A stretch of 64,000 nucleotides of DNA from Verrucomicrobiota bacterium (GTDB lineage Bacteria; Verrucomicrobiota; Lentisphaeria; Lentisphaerales; Lentisphaeraceae). The position numbers and the translations under genes were made by a program. Location of the stretch: the NCBI GenBank assembly GCA_039798785.1, contig JBDKFG010000006.1:32001-96000 (forward strand). The letters are read 5' to 3'. Below the pieces are notes generated by a model. The model worked only from the letters and a program-made list of their open reading frames with translations. It searched no databases and was not told where the DNA came from. Positions 48,885-60,522 of the stretch are shown here, piece after piece (the first letter of the stretch is position 1; every line of letters begins with the position of its first letter).

Positions 48885-49165
48885 GGCGTGGATCTCCTGG
48901 GTGGATTTTCAGCGCCACAATGTATCCGCGGCTGGCGAGCTGGAAAGGCGGATCGGCAGCAATCGCAGGGGAAAGCGGTCGACCTGTATCACTCGCAGGA
49001 ACGAAAGTAGCGAAGAAAGCTCGGTGGCCACAATAAGGCACACAGAGCGCAATAAGGAGAAAGATGAGCGGTCTCCGGCGCTGCCGATCAATCTTCCTTC
49101 GCGCTTCTGCGTGTTCTGCGGCCCAGTCGAGCTTGATTTGGAGTGATGCAGGTCGAAAGGGGGTT

Positions 49166-49909
49166 TCAGCCAGGGCTTTGGAAGCAGCCGATCGACCAGG
49201 GGATGCGCAAGACCCCCCCGCGGCGGCGGCGGTCCCCTGCGGTGCAGACGCGGCGGAGTTCGACGGCTGGCATAGGCGTGGTGTCGCGCCGGACGGCGCC
49301 GAGGCGGTGGAGGTGGCGGATGAAGGCCAGGGTGTCGGGAAATTCCTGGCGCCATTCCCGTGTCTGGCATCGGCTGCCTGCCGGCAGGAGCGCGAGGAGC
49401 GCATCGGGCCGCGGGTAGCGCAGGCCGGGGTAGGGCAGGCCGGCCTCTTCGAAGGCCGAGATGAAAGGTTCGAGGCTCCCCTCCAGGGGCAGGGCGAAGG
49501 CGAGGGCGCCTCCCGGCTCAAGCCGCTTCTGAAGCAGGGTGAGACTGCCAGGCAGATCGTCGAACCATTGCAGGGCCATTGACGAAACGATCAGAGAGTA
49601 GCGTTTGCCGGAAGGCAGTTCCTCGAGCTTGCTGAAGAGCCTGGATTGCATCTCAGGCCGCATCCTGCGGAGTCGTGCCTGAGCCAGAGCCAGCATGGCC
49701 GGAGAGTCGTCGAGGAGGTCGAATGAAAGCGTCGGGCAGGGCCCTAGCAGGGCTTCGCAAAGGGCGCCCGTGCCGCAGCCGACATCGAGGGCCGAGCCAG
49801 CCTGGACAGGGGGCTTCAGCCAGCGGCAGAGCTCCGCAGCGATGTCCTGTTGCAGGACGGATTCCCGGTCATAGCCGGCGGCGGCGGCTTCGAAGTTAGC
49901 TTTAGGCAC
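49166..49909 (-). CDS. bioC: Malonyl-ACP O-methyltransferase BioC-like
   Basis: FEAAAAGYD...LQ, LDVGCGTG, SSMALQW, LEPGG. Confidence 0.8.
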   Translation of the reverse strand: MPKANFEAAAAGYDRESVLQQDIAAELCRWLKPPVQAGSALDVGCGTGALCEALLGPCPTLSFDLLDDSPAMLALAQARLRRMRPEMQSRLFSKLEELPSGKRYSLIVSSMALQWFDDLPGSLTLLQKRLEPGGALAFALPLEGSLEPFISAFEEAGLPYPGLRYPRPDALLALLPAGSRCQTREWRQEFPDTLAFIRHLHRLGAVRRDTTPMPAVELRRVCTAGDRRRRGGVLRIPWSIGCFQSPG

Positions 49910-49947
49910 GGGGCGGGCCGGGGTTGCGACTGGGCATCAGGGGGGTC

Positions 49948-50859
49948 TCAAGCGCCGGGGAAGTCTTTGCGATGGCGCTTCACCGCCGCGACGCATTCCT
50001 TCAGGAAGAAGTCGGCGATGTCGGCCGGAACGGCGCCTTCGCGCCAACAGAGGCTGAGCTCGACCGGCGGGAAGCGCTTGACCACCAGGGCCCGCAGCTT
50101 CAGATCCTTGAGCAGGAAGGCAGGAGGATGCGGCATGAAGCCGAAGCCGAGGCCGAGGCGGATGTACTTCAGGGCGGTGGGGATGGAGTTGGTCGCGGCG
50201 CCCCAGCGCGGCGCCAGGGTCAGCTTGCGCAGCTCGTCGTGCAGCAGGTTCATGCCGCCGCTGTGTTCCTGCAGGGCGACCCAGCGGACATCCTGCAAGG
50301 CGCTTTCGCTCCACACCGGTTCGCCCTTCGCCGCCCAGGGATGCTCCTGGGGCACGACGACGCACCAGGGCAGGCTCATCAGGGTGGCGTGGCGGAGCCG
50401 GCGGTTGCGCGGCGGCGATTCGATCGAGACGGTCAGGTCGAGCTCCTGGGCGATCAAGGCGCGGTGGGGATCCCGGCCTTCGAGATCGGAGACGTTGGGG
50501 ATGACGTCGGGGTGGGCCTTGAGCAGGGCTTCGAGGATCTCCGGCAGATAATGGTCGGCGATCAGGGCGGCGCAGCCGATGCGGAGTCGGCGGCTGCCCA
50601 AACCCTGCAGCTCGTCCTCAAGGGTGCTGAGCTTCTCCATGAAGGGGGCGACGGTGGCCAGCAGGGTGCGTCCGGCGTCGGTGAGAGCGAAGGGGCGGCG
50701 CTCGAATAGGGCGACCCCGAGGGACTTCTCGAGGCTGATCATCTGCTGGCTGATCGCCGGTTGCTGGATCGGGTAGGGGATGACTTTCAGAGCCTGAGTG
50801 ATGCCGCCGGCTTCCGCGACGTAGTAGAAGAGCTCAAGATGGTGGAGATTGATCTTCAT
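49948..50859 (-). CDS. LysR family transcriptional regulator
   Basis: LELFYYVAEAGGITQA...QQPAISQQMISLEKSLGVALFERR...LTDAG. Confidence 0.92.
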   Translation of the reverse strand: MKINLHHLELFYYVAEAGGITQALKVIPYPIQQPAISQQMISLEKSLGVALFERRPFALTDAGRTLLATVAPFMEKLSTLEDELQGLGSRRLRIGCAALIADHYLPEILEALLKAHPDVIPNVSDLEGRDPHRALIAQELDLTVSIESPPRNRRLRHATLMSLPWCVVVPQEHPWAAKGEPVWSESALQDVRWVALQEHSGGMNLLHDELRKLTLAPRWGAATNSIPTALKYIRLGLGFGFMPHPPAFLLKDLKLRALVVKRFPPVELSLCWREGAVPADIADFFLKECVAAVKRHRKDFPGA

Positions 50860-50874
50860 GCAGGATCCTGGAAT

Positions 50875-51828
50875 TTATTGGCGTGCCGCGCCGGTCTCGG
50901 CCCGCAGGGCGAGGAGGCAGCCCACGAGGCACCAGGCGGCGGTCTGGACGGCGGAGTAGAGCCCGAGCTGGAAGAGGTAGGAGGCGGGGATGGGGATGCC
51001 CGAGGCGAGCGGGTCGGCCAGCCAGAAGGCCTGCCAGTCGGGGATGAGGGCTCGGACGACGGCTCCCCAGGCGGGGTCGCCGGCGTAGTGGAGGAGCCCT
51101 CGTTGCGCCAGTCCGAGGAGGAGGAGGCTGGCGCAGAAGCCGAGGACGGCGCCGGTGCCGAGGCGGATCGAGGCGGCGGTGGCGGCCGCGCTCATCACCG
51201 GCGCGGCGAAGAGCACCGCTACCAAGCAGGCGGCAAAGCCGTGATGAAGCCCGGCGCTGCTGCCTTCGGCGGCTGGCCAGAAGTGAGCCGCCAGGGCCAG
51301 AAGGGCGAGCAGGACGAGCAGGGCCGACTGGGTCGAGGAGCTGAAGCTGACGCCGCTCGACCAGTTGCGCCAAGCGCCCCAGGCGCAGGCCGCGACGATA
51401 AGTCCCCAGTAGGTCCAGTAGAGCCCCCATTCAAGTTCGAACTGGTCCGGCGTGGCGCGCAGGACCACCAGGGCGCCGAGCGCGACCACGAGGCTGTGCC
51501 CGAGCACGGCGAGGGCGGTTCCGCTCATCTTGGCGAGCAGCCAGGCGGCAGGGGAGACCGGTTTCGACAGGACCAGGGCCGCGGTGCCGCTGCGCAGTTC
51601 CCGCCCTAGACCCAGCGAGGCGAGCAGGGCGGCAAGCACCATGCTCGAGCTGAGGAGGGTCATCAAGGCGTTGTCGGTGATGATCTTGAACTCTTCCCGG
51701 AAAACGAAAAGAGCCAGGGGCGGCAGGAGGCCGACCAGGCTCAAGGCGCAGAGCGTGACGATCAGGCAGAGGGGCTCGCGTTGCGATTCCCGCAAGGTGT
51801 TGCGGGCGACTTGGACGAAGCCCATCAT
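50875..51828 (-). CDS. ABC-2-type transporter permease
   Basis: VARNTLRE, RELRSGTAALVLSKPVS...LLAK; multiple TM segments. Confidence 0.8.
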   Translation of the reverse strand: MMGFVQVARNTLRESQREPLCLIVTLCALSLVGLLPPLALFVFREEFKIITDNALMTLLSSSMVLAALLASLGLGRELRSGTAALVLSKPVSPAAWLLAKMSGTALAVLGHSLVVALGALVVLRATPDQFELEWGLYWTYWGLIVAACAWGAWRNWSSGVSFSSSTQSALLVLLALLALAAHFWPAAEGSSAGLHHGFAACLVAVLFAAPVMSAAATAASIRLGTGAVLGFCASLLLLGLAQRGLLHYAGDPAWGAVVRALIPDWQAFWLADPLASGIPIPASYLFQLGLYSAVQTAAWCLVGCLLALRAETGAARQ

Positions 51829-51844
51829 GAGATCGGCCGGAGCT

Positions 51845-52420
51845 TCAGCGGGCGGCGGGAGGGAGGACGGGCTTGGGCTCGGTCACTTCGATGCCGCTCG
51901 GGATGAACTTGACGCCGGCTTTCTCAAGCTTCTCTCTCTCGGCCTTGTATTCCTCGAGGAGGCCGCTGATGCCGAAAAGCTCTTCCGCCTGGGAGGCGAC
52001 GATCATCCAGTCGCGATGGTCGATGGCGTAGGACTTGATCGCGGGATTGAGCTTTTCCTTGAAGTACTTCGGGGTGTGGTCGGGATTGCCGAGGAAGACC
52101 ACCTGTTCGGGGTGGGCGAAATTGATGAAATTCGAATATTCCTTGGTCTCGACCAAGAGGACGTTGTTGACCGGCTCCTCGTCTTCTTCAGCTTCGACCT
52201 GGGCGGGTACGAAGGACACGGCGCGGGGCTTGAGATGGTCGATGTAGAGGATCGGCTGCTTGGTGTGGCGCTGGATCAGCTCGGCGAGGAGACGGGCTTC
52301 GACGGTGTTGCCGGTGACGATCACGGTGCTGATGGTCTTCTCATCGTTCTTGATTGCGGCTGCAGCGGTGCTGGCGGCAAGGACGAGGGCGGCGGCGGCG
52401 GCGAGGAAACGACCGGTCAT
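51845..52420 (-). CDS. Hypothetical exported protein
   Basis: Signal peptide MTGRFLAAAAALVLAASTAAA; AGGAG RBS. Confidence 0.7.
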   Translation of the reverse strand: MTGRFLAAAAALVLAASTAAAAIKNDEKTISTVIVTGNTVEARLLAELIQRHTKQPILYIDHLKPRAVSFVPAQVEAEEDEEPVNNVLLVETKEYSNFINFAHPEQVVFLGNPDHTPKYFKEKLNPAIKSYAIDHRDWMIVASQAEELFGISGLLEEYKAEREKLEKAGVKFIPSGIEVTEPKPVLPPAAR

Positions 52421-52685
52421 GGGGATTCTCCTGGGGGGCGGGTTGTAAAATTGGTGCGCCACTATAGCGGTCTGCGTCCATGTCTCAAGTCCTGCCGAGA
52501 CGCAAAGAAGCAATTCCGGGTGACTCGATGCCGCCGGTGGGATGGTGTGGCCGGAAAGATGTGCGATCCTCTTCTCCCTGACGGCCAAGCGCAAGGCATT
52601 CCTGCCCATAGACGCCTGCCACTCTTGATTTCACTTGCTTTGCGGCTCCATTCCTTCCCGACATCAATTTTCACCGGAGTTTTCC

Positions 52686-53480
52686 ATGGATAGTTTCCGT
52701 CTGGCCCTGGCGCAATCCTGCTCGGGCGATCAGGTCGAGCCGAACCTCGACTGGGCCCGTCAGCAGATGGCCGAGGCGGCAACGAAAGGGGCGCAGCTGC
52801 TGCTCCTGCCGGAGTGCATCCTCTGCCAGGCGAAGCCGGAAGGCATCGCCCCCTCGGCCCGCACCGCCGCGGACTGGCAGGCTCTTCTCGGCCCTCTTTC
52901 CGCATTCCACAAACTGCCGGCCGTCTGGGGCGGGCTGCCGGAATGGCGCGACGGCAAAATCCACAACAGCTCCTTCTGCTTCGATGCCAGCGGCGCCAGC
53001 CTCGGCATCTACCGTAAAACCCACCTCTTTCAACTCTTCGCCGGAGAGAGGCAGGTCGATGAAACCGCCATCTACGCCTTCGGGGAGGGGGCGCCGCTCG
53101 TCCTCCACCTCGACGGCTGGACCTTCGGCCTTACCATCTGCTACGACCTGCGCTTTCCCGAGCTCTGGCGCCGCTACGCCGGTGCCGATTGCATCCTCAA
53201 TACCGCCGCCTTCACCCGCAAGACCGGCAGGGCCCACTGGGATCTTCTGCTCAGGGCCCGGGCCGTCGAAAACCAGTGCTTCGTCGCTGCCGCCGCCCAG
53301 TGCGGCGTCCACCCCGGAACCGGCATCGCCACCTACGGACATTCCTGCGTCATCGATCCCTGGGGGGAGCTGCTCGCCCAGTCGGGCGACGAGCCAGGCC
53401 TGCTGATTCAGGAGATGCGACGTTCGCGGCTCGACGAGATCCGCGGTTTCGTCCCTTCGCTCTTCAGCCGTAGAATGTGA
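52686..53480 (+). CDS. Carbon-nitrogen hydrolase (Nit1/deaminated glutathione amidase-like)
   Basis: Triad motifs LPE, YRKTHLF, ICYDLRFPE; TGRAHW, RARAVENQ, YGHS, IDPWG. Confidence 0.9.
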   Translation: MDSFRLALAQSCSGDQVEPNLDWARQQMAEAATKGAQLLLLPECILCQAKPEGIAPSARTAADWQALLGPLSAFHKLPAVWGGLPEWRDGKIHNSSFCFDASGASLGIYRKTHLFQLFAGERQVDETAIYAFGEGAPLVLHLDGWTFGLTICYDLRFPELWRRYAGADCILNTAAFTRKTGRAHWDLLLRARAVENQCFVAAAAQCGVHPGTGIATYGHSCVIDPWGELLAQSGDEPGLLIQEMRRSRLDEIRGFVPSLFSRRM

Positions 53481-54289
53481 ATTCTTCACAAGGTGTATCC
53501 ATGAGATCGAGAGAGTTGCTTGCAAAGGCGGGAGTCCGCCTGCCGAAAGTCATCGCAGTCGACTGGGACGGAACCCTCTCGACGCTGCGCCAGGGAGGCC
53601 CCCGGGTCCTCCGGGCTTTCCTGGCCGAGGCTTTTCGTGAGGCCGGGCTGGATCCGGAGTCGCATCCCGAGGCGATCCGCCATTTCGTCCATGGAGCCGC
53701 GGGCTCCACCGCTCACACTCAGGCGAGGAAGATGTCGCAGCTGCTGGAAAGTCTCGGCGGCCGCCCTTTCTCATGCGTCGAGCGGGCCGGTGACGCCTTG
53801 TCGCGCGGCTATGAGCAGCGCTGCCTGGCGCGGCTGAAATGGCGCCCCCGCCGCTGGCTGCTGCCAGGAGCTCTCGGTCTCCTTCGCGACTGCCGCCGCC
53901 ACGGCATCGCGGTGCATCTGGTCACCGGCAGCCCGCAGGTCTCGGTCGAGGAGGAGATCCGCCGTCTCCGCCTGCTTCCCTATTTCACCGCCGTCCACGG
54001 CGCCAGCCCGGGCGACGGCCCGGATTTCAAGCGCCTGCGCTTCGAGTCGATCGCGGCCAGGCACGGGATACCGCTCTGCCAGCTGGGGGTGGTCGGGGAT
54101 GGCCCAGGCGAGATGCGGGCCGGACAGGCCCTCGGTTGCCCTCTTGTCGGCATCGCCATCGAGGAAAGCCGCCATCACGCCTGCGAAGTCAAGGCGCGGA
54201 TCCTTCGCGATCTCGGGGTCGTCCTCATCACCGATCGCCTCTGCCGAGTCCTTCCTCTGCTCAGCCAGCAAATGAAACAGGAGCCCTGA
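53477..54289 (+). CDS. HAD family hydrolase
   Basis: DWDGTLS, LVTGS, K, VVGDGPGE. Confidence 0.75.
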   Translation: MNSSQGVSMRSRELLAKAGVRLPKVIAVDWDGTLSTLRQGGPRVLRAFLAEAFREAGLDPESHPEAIRHFVHGAAGSTAHTQARKMSQLLESLGGRPFSCVERAGDALSRGYEQRCLARLKWRPRRWLLPGALGLLRDCRRHGIAVHLVTGSPQVSVEEEIRRLRLLPYFTAVHGASPGDGPDFKRLRFESIAARHGIPLCQLGVVGDGPGEMRAGQALGCPLVGIAIEESRHHACEVKARILRDLGVVLITDRLCRVLPLLSQQMKQEP

Positions 54290-54684
54290 TGAATCCCGTC
54301 GATCTCTGCCCCTGCGGCAGCTGCCGCAAAGAAGCCGTGTGCTGCAACCCTTTTCTCGACGGCAGCCGCCTTCCTGCCACTGCCGAAGAGCTGATGCGCT
54401 CGCGCTACACCGCCTACACCCGCGCCGACGCCCAATATTTGATCGCGACCCTGCATCCGTCGCAACGCAGCGCCGACGATGAAGCGAATATTCTCGCCTG
54501 GGCCCACGGCAGCCGCTTCACCGGTCTCAGTGTCCTCAAGACCAAGGCCGGCAAGGCCAAGGACAGCGAAGGCGTGGTCGAGTTCGTCGCCCGCTTCAGC
54601 GACGCCGACGGCACCTACGCCCACCGCGAGACCTCGCGCTTCGTCAAAGAGGACGGCAAGTGGTGGTATGTTTCGGCCTTGTAA
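54289..54684 (+). CDS. ychJ: YchJ family (SEC-C/NTF2-like) protein
   Basis: CPCGS...CC, TAEELMRSRYTAY, VEFVA, HRETSRF. Confidence 0.9.
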   Translation: MNPVDLCPCGSCRKEAVCCNPFLDGSRLPATAEELMRSRYTAYTRADAQYLIATLHPSQRSADDEANILAWAHGSRFTGLSVLKTKAGKAKDSEGVVEFVARFSDADGTYAHRETSRFVKEDGKWWYVSAL

Positions 54685-54765
54685 GCAATCCGCGGCTTGT
54701 CCGACATCGCGATATCGTGATGTCGAGATATCGACCAAGCTCTCCTCCTCATGCCAAGGGCTCTT

Positions 54766-56127
54766 ATGATCAACATCGCCATCATCGGCGCCGGCCTTTC
54801 CGGCTTGACTGCCGCTTGGGAGATCCTGCAGCTCCGTCCCGAATGCCGGGTCACGGTTTTCGAGGCAGGCGCAAAAGTCGGAGGGAAAATCTGCACGGAG
54901 CTTGAAGAGGGCTTCCTCTACGAACACGGACCCAATGGCTGGCTGGCTTCGCGTCAATCGATCGGCTCGCTGGTGGAAAGAGTCGGGCTCGGCGGCGAAG
55001 TGATGCAGGCGGATGAAGCCGCGGCGAACCGCTATCTCTGGCGCGAGAATCGCCTGCTCAAGCTGCCGACCAAGCCGCAACAGATCCTCGGCTGGGAGGG
55101 CCTGAGCTGGAAGGCGCGACTCCGCCTCGCCGGCGATTTCTTCCAGAGACCGCGTCTGGAGGAAGATGAAAGCGTCCACGACTTCGCCTCGAAGCAATTC
55201 GGCAAGGAGTTCGCCGACGCGGTTTTCGATCCCTTCTGCACCGGGGTCTTCGGCGCCGATTCCCGCAAGCTGTCGATGCGCTCCTGTTTCCCTCCGGTCT
55301 TCGCCTGGCAGCGACGTTACGGATCGGTGACTCGCGGCGCCATCGCCTCGCGCCCGAAAGACGGGCCGCCGAAGAAAAAAGGCCCCGGCCTGCACAGCCT
55401 GAAACGCGGCATGGGCAGCCTGATCGAGGCCTTGGCCGGACAGATCCGGGCACCGTCGCGAATTGTCCTTAATCAAGCCGTCAGCGGACTTCGTCTGCTC
55501 GGTAGAAAAGTCCATGTCGACGCCGGTTCCGAGAGCGGGGTTTTCGACGGACTCATTCTCGCCTGCCCCGCTGACGCGGTGAGCTCGATTCTTGGCGAGC
55601 TTCTGCCGCCGGATTTGCGGCAACAAAATCACGCCATCGCCTACACCTCGATGGGCGTCGCGGTTTGCGGTTTCCGCAGCTCCGGCGAACCTCTGCTGCC
55701 GCCCAGCTTCGGCTTTCTCGTGCCCTCGTCCGAGCCGGCCCAGATCCTCGGCTGCCTGCTCGATTCCCGCGTCTTTCCCGGCCGCTGCGAGGCCGGCCAT
55801 GAAGTGCTGCGGATGATGTTCGGCGGACCCCGTTCGCCCGGGCTTCTCAATCTCGGCGATGACGAGCTCAAGGCTGTCCTTCTGCCCGAACTGCGCCGCA
55901 CCTTGCAACTCGGTCGCGACCCCGACTTCGTCAAGATCATCCGCTGGCCGCGGGCGATCCCGAGCCCGGCGCCGTTCCATTTCCGCCTCGTCGACGGTCT
56001 CGAAAAAGCGCTCGCCGGCACCCCCATCCTCCTCGCCGGCAACGCCTACCACGGCGTCTCCATGGACGATTGCGCCCGGGCCGGAAAAGAGGCCGCGGCT
56101 GGAATTCTTGCGCGGCTTGAACAATAA
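54766..56127 (+). CDS. hemG: Protoporphyrinogen/coproporphyrinogen oxidase (HemY-type)
   Basis: IIGAGLSGLTAA, VGGKI, EHGPNG, FGFLVP, RWPRAIP, AGNAYHGVSMDDC. Confidence 0.92.
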   Translation: MINIAIIGAGLSGLTAAWEILQLRPECRVTVFEAGAKVGGKICTELEEGFLYEHGPNGWLASRQSIGSLVERVGLGGEVMQADEAAANRYLWRENRLLKLPTKPQQILGWEGLSWKARLRLAGDFFQRPRLEEDESVHDFASKQFGKEFADAVFDPFCTGVFGADSRKLSMRSCFPPVFAWQRRYGSVTRGAIASRPKDGPPKKKGPGLHSLKRGMGSLIEALAGQIRAPSRIVLNQAVSGLRLLGRKVHVDAGSESGVFDGLILACPADAVSSILGELLPPDLRQQNHAIAYTSMGVAVCGFRSSGEPLLPPSFGFLVPSSEPAQILGCLLDSRVFPGRCEAGHEVLRMMFGGPRSPGLLNLGDDELKAVLLPELRRTLQLGRDPDFVKIIRWPRAIPSPAPFHFRLVDGLEKALAGTPILLAGNAYHGVSMDDCARAGKEAAAGILARLEQ

Positions 56128-56202
56128 AACCACGGGAAGCTCCGTTGCAGGTTCGGACACCGATTTCTCCGGTGCCAAAACAAAACCCATGGAGTCCCGC
56201 TC

Positions 56203-56487
56203 ATGAAATTCCTCACCCTGACCGCCGCCCTCTCGCTCTTCCTCGCTCTCAACCTCCGCGCCGAAGACACCGCTCCTGCCGGCGAAGGCAAGAAAGAAGG
56301 CGCCGGCGAGTGCAAAGATTGCAAAAAAGGCAAGCCCAGCAAAGAAGAGATCCTGAAGGAATTCGACAAGGATGGCGACGGCAAGCTTAACGACGAAGAG
56401 AAGGCCGCTGCCAAGGCTGCCCACAAAGGCAAGGGCAAAGGCAAGGGCGAAGGCAAAGGCAAGAAAGAAGAAGCCAAAGCCGAATAA
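56203..56487 (+). CDS. Small secreted Lys/Gly-rich EF-hand protein
   Basis: Signal peptide; EF loop DKDGDGKLNDEE; GGAG RBS; own terminator. Confidence 0.8.
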   Translation: MKFLTLTAALSLFLALNLRAEDTAPAGEGKKEGAGECKDCKKGKPSKEEILKEFDKDGDGKLNDEEKAAAKAAHKGKGKGKGEGKGKKEEAKAE

Positions 56488-56507
56488 TTCTGCTCCGGCA
56501 GTTTTCG

Positions 56508-56536
56508 AGCCGCTCCCCCGTCGGGAGCGGCTTTTT
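56508..56536 (+). terminator. Rho-independent terminator
   Basis: AGCCGCTCCC-CCGTC-GGGAGCGGCT followed by a T run. Confidence 0.8.
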
Positions 56537-56593
56537 GCCGCCTTGGGATTCCCTCCTTGGCGCAGTAGATTGCCGCTGATTCAAGAGGGATTT

Positions 56594-57793
56594 ATGCACG
56601 AGATTTTCCGTCAGCGTTTGTCGCAATGGGTCGAACAAGGCCGCCTCCGCCGCCTCCGCGATGAGGGCTCCCTCGATTCGCGCCGGGCGCAACGCGACGG
56701 CCGCGAACTGGTCAACTTCGGCTCCAACTCCTACCTCGGCCTCGAACGCCACCCTGCCGTCACCGCCGCCGCTGCCGCCGCAGCGGAAAGCACTTCCTCC
56801 ACCTCGTCGCGCCTGATCTGCGGCGGCTCGCCCTTGCTGAGCCGACTCGAAGAGGAAACCGCGGCCTGGAAAGGCAGCGAGGCCTGCCTCGTCCTCAACT
56901 CCGGCTTTCAGGCCAACATCACCCTGCTGCCGGCCCTCGCCGGACGCCACGACCGCATCCTCGCCGACCGCCTCGCCCACGCCTCGCTGATCGACGGTGC
57001 CAAGCTCTCCGGCGCCGAGCTTCTGCGCTTCCCGCACAACGATCTCGATGCTCTCCAAGAGCTGCTGCAAAAACCCGCGACGGGCCAGGTTTTTGTGGTC
57101 AGTGAAACGGTGTTCTCGATGGATGGCGACATGCCCGATCTGCCTCGCCTCGCCGCGCTGTGCCGCTCTTACGGCGCCTTCCTCTACCTCGACGACGCCC
57201 ACGGCGCCGGCATTTGCGGACCCGAGGGTTCCGGCCCGGCGCACGGCCTCGGCGCCGATCTCCTGCTCGGCACCTATTCCAAGGCCCTCGGCTCCTTCGG
57301 CGCCTACGCCTGCCTGTCGGCCGAGCTGAAGGAATACTTGGTCAACTCCTGCCGCGGCCTGATCTACTCCACCGCCCTGCCGCCCGCCGTCCCGGCCGCC
57401 TCGCTCGCCGCCCTGAGCATCGTCCGCTCGGAAGAAGGTCAAGCCCTCCGCCATCGCCTCCTCGCCCTCGGCAACGAACTGCGCCGCCTCTTGCGCGACG
57501 GCGGTCTCGACATCCGCCACGACCCGACGCCGATCGTGCCGGTCCCCTGCGGCGACGAAGCCGCCACTCTGCGCCTCGCCGCAGCTCTGGCCGAAGAGGG
57601 CTTCCTGTGCCCCGCCATCCGCCCGCCCACCGTGCCGGAAGGCTCCTGCCGTCTCCGACTCAGCCTCACCGCGGCGCATCTCGACCGCGACATCCGCGAA
57701 CTCGCCGCGGCGATCCTGCGGCATCATCCTGGGTTGAGAATTCAAAATTCAAAATTCAAAATTCAAGAAAACACCAGCAAAATCCAAGAATAA
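56594..57793 (+). CDS. bioF: 8-amino-7-oxononanoate synthase
   Basis: NFGSNSYLGL, SGFQAN, HASLIDG, FSMDGD, DDAHG, GTYSKALG (PLP Lys), IYSTALPP, AIRPPTVP. Confidence 0.93.
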   Translation: MHEIFRQRLSQWVEQGRLRRLRDEGSLDSRRAQRDGRELVNFGSNSYLGLERHPAVTAAAAAAAESTSSTSSRLICGGSPLLSRLEEETAAWKGSEACLVLNSGFQANITLLPALAGRHDRILADRLAHASLIDGAKLSGAELLRFPHNDLDALQELLQKPATGQVFVVSETVFSMDGDMPDLPRLAALCRSYGAFLYLDDAHGAGICGPEGSGPAHGLGADLLLGTYSKALGSFGAYACLSAELKEYLVNSCRGLIYSTALPPAVPAASLAALSIVRSEEGQALRHRLLALGNELRRLLRDGGLDIRHDPTPIVPVPCGDEAATLRLAAALAEEGFLCPAIRPPTVPEGSCRLRLSLTAAHLDRDIRELAAAILRHHPGLRIQNSKFKIQENTSKIQE

Positions 57794-57806
57794 AGATTCA
57801 AGATTT
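57739..57806. repeat. (AATTCAA)x4 heptamer tract plus degenerate units at the bioF 3' end
   Basis: Four exact units at 57739-57766; related to 41811-41838. Confidence 0.85.
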
Positions 57807-57910
57807 CAGCCTTCTTTTCGTGAACTTCGTGTCTTCGTGGTGAAGTCTTTTCTGCTCTTCTCCTTGCGCTCGCGCCAAGGCAAGGCAGAGTGGCGGCGGA
57901 GACCCCTCAC

Positions 57911-58003
57911 ATGCGCCTGATTCTCATCATCGTCATCCTTCTCGTCATCGTCGGCTTCATCGCCTTCGGCCTCGGCGTCGCCCGCGGCCGCCACGATAAA
58001 TAA
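57911..58003 (+). CDS. 30-aa single-TM small protein (absent from the ORF track)
   Basis: MRLILIIVILLVIVGFIAFGLGVARGRHDK*; GGAG upstream; C-ending codons like neighbouring genes. Confidence 0.65.
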   Translation: MRLILIIVILLVIVGFIAFGLGVARGRHDK

Positions 58004-58051
58004 GCTTTCCGCAACACCCGGCGGGACGTCGGGGCTCCCAGGTTAAAATCC

Positions 58052-60214
<2,163 letters not shown>

Positions 60215-60231
60215 GGCTTGACTTCCGGCTT

Positions 60232-60456
60232 TACCCCGAAGGGGTTACAGCTTCCAGCGCAGGGTTGCGCCGAGCCTCGAGGTGCTACCCTGGGGACCGG
60301 TCAATGCCCTCGTACCCCGAAGGGGTTTCATCTCGCGCTTGCTCCCGAGCGCACGGAACGAGATGAAACCCCTTTGGGGTTTGGAATCAGGAGGTTCATC
60401 CCCAGGGTAGGCGAGGCGCCAACCCTGGGCTGGAGGACGAAACCCCCTTGGGGTTG
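60232..60456. repeat. Cluster of REP-like palindromes (ACCCCGAAGGGGT and CAGGGT...ACCCTGGG units)
   Basis: TACCCCGAAGGGGTT twice, AACCCC..TTGGGGTT twice and two CAGGGT...ACCCTGGG hairpins, between convergent genes. Confidence 0.8.
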
Positions 60457-60522
60457 AGCAGCAAAGCAAAGCCGGCAGGATGCCGGCGAGCCCAGTGGGA
60501 GCGAGCAGCCATGAGCCCAATT

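Noticed and set aside
52430..52680. Riboswitch or ncRNA in long intergenic regions (also 13820-14010 and 48890-49160); cobalamin riboswitch near the B12 enzymes
   Set aside because: No recognisable conserved boxes by eye; an Infernal/Rfam scan would be needed.
49166..57793. Biotin operon
   Set aside because: bioC and bioF are on opposite strands about 7 kb apart with unrelated genes between; no bioA, bioB or bioD seen.
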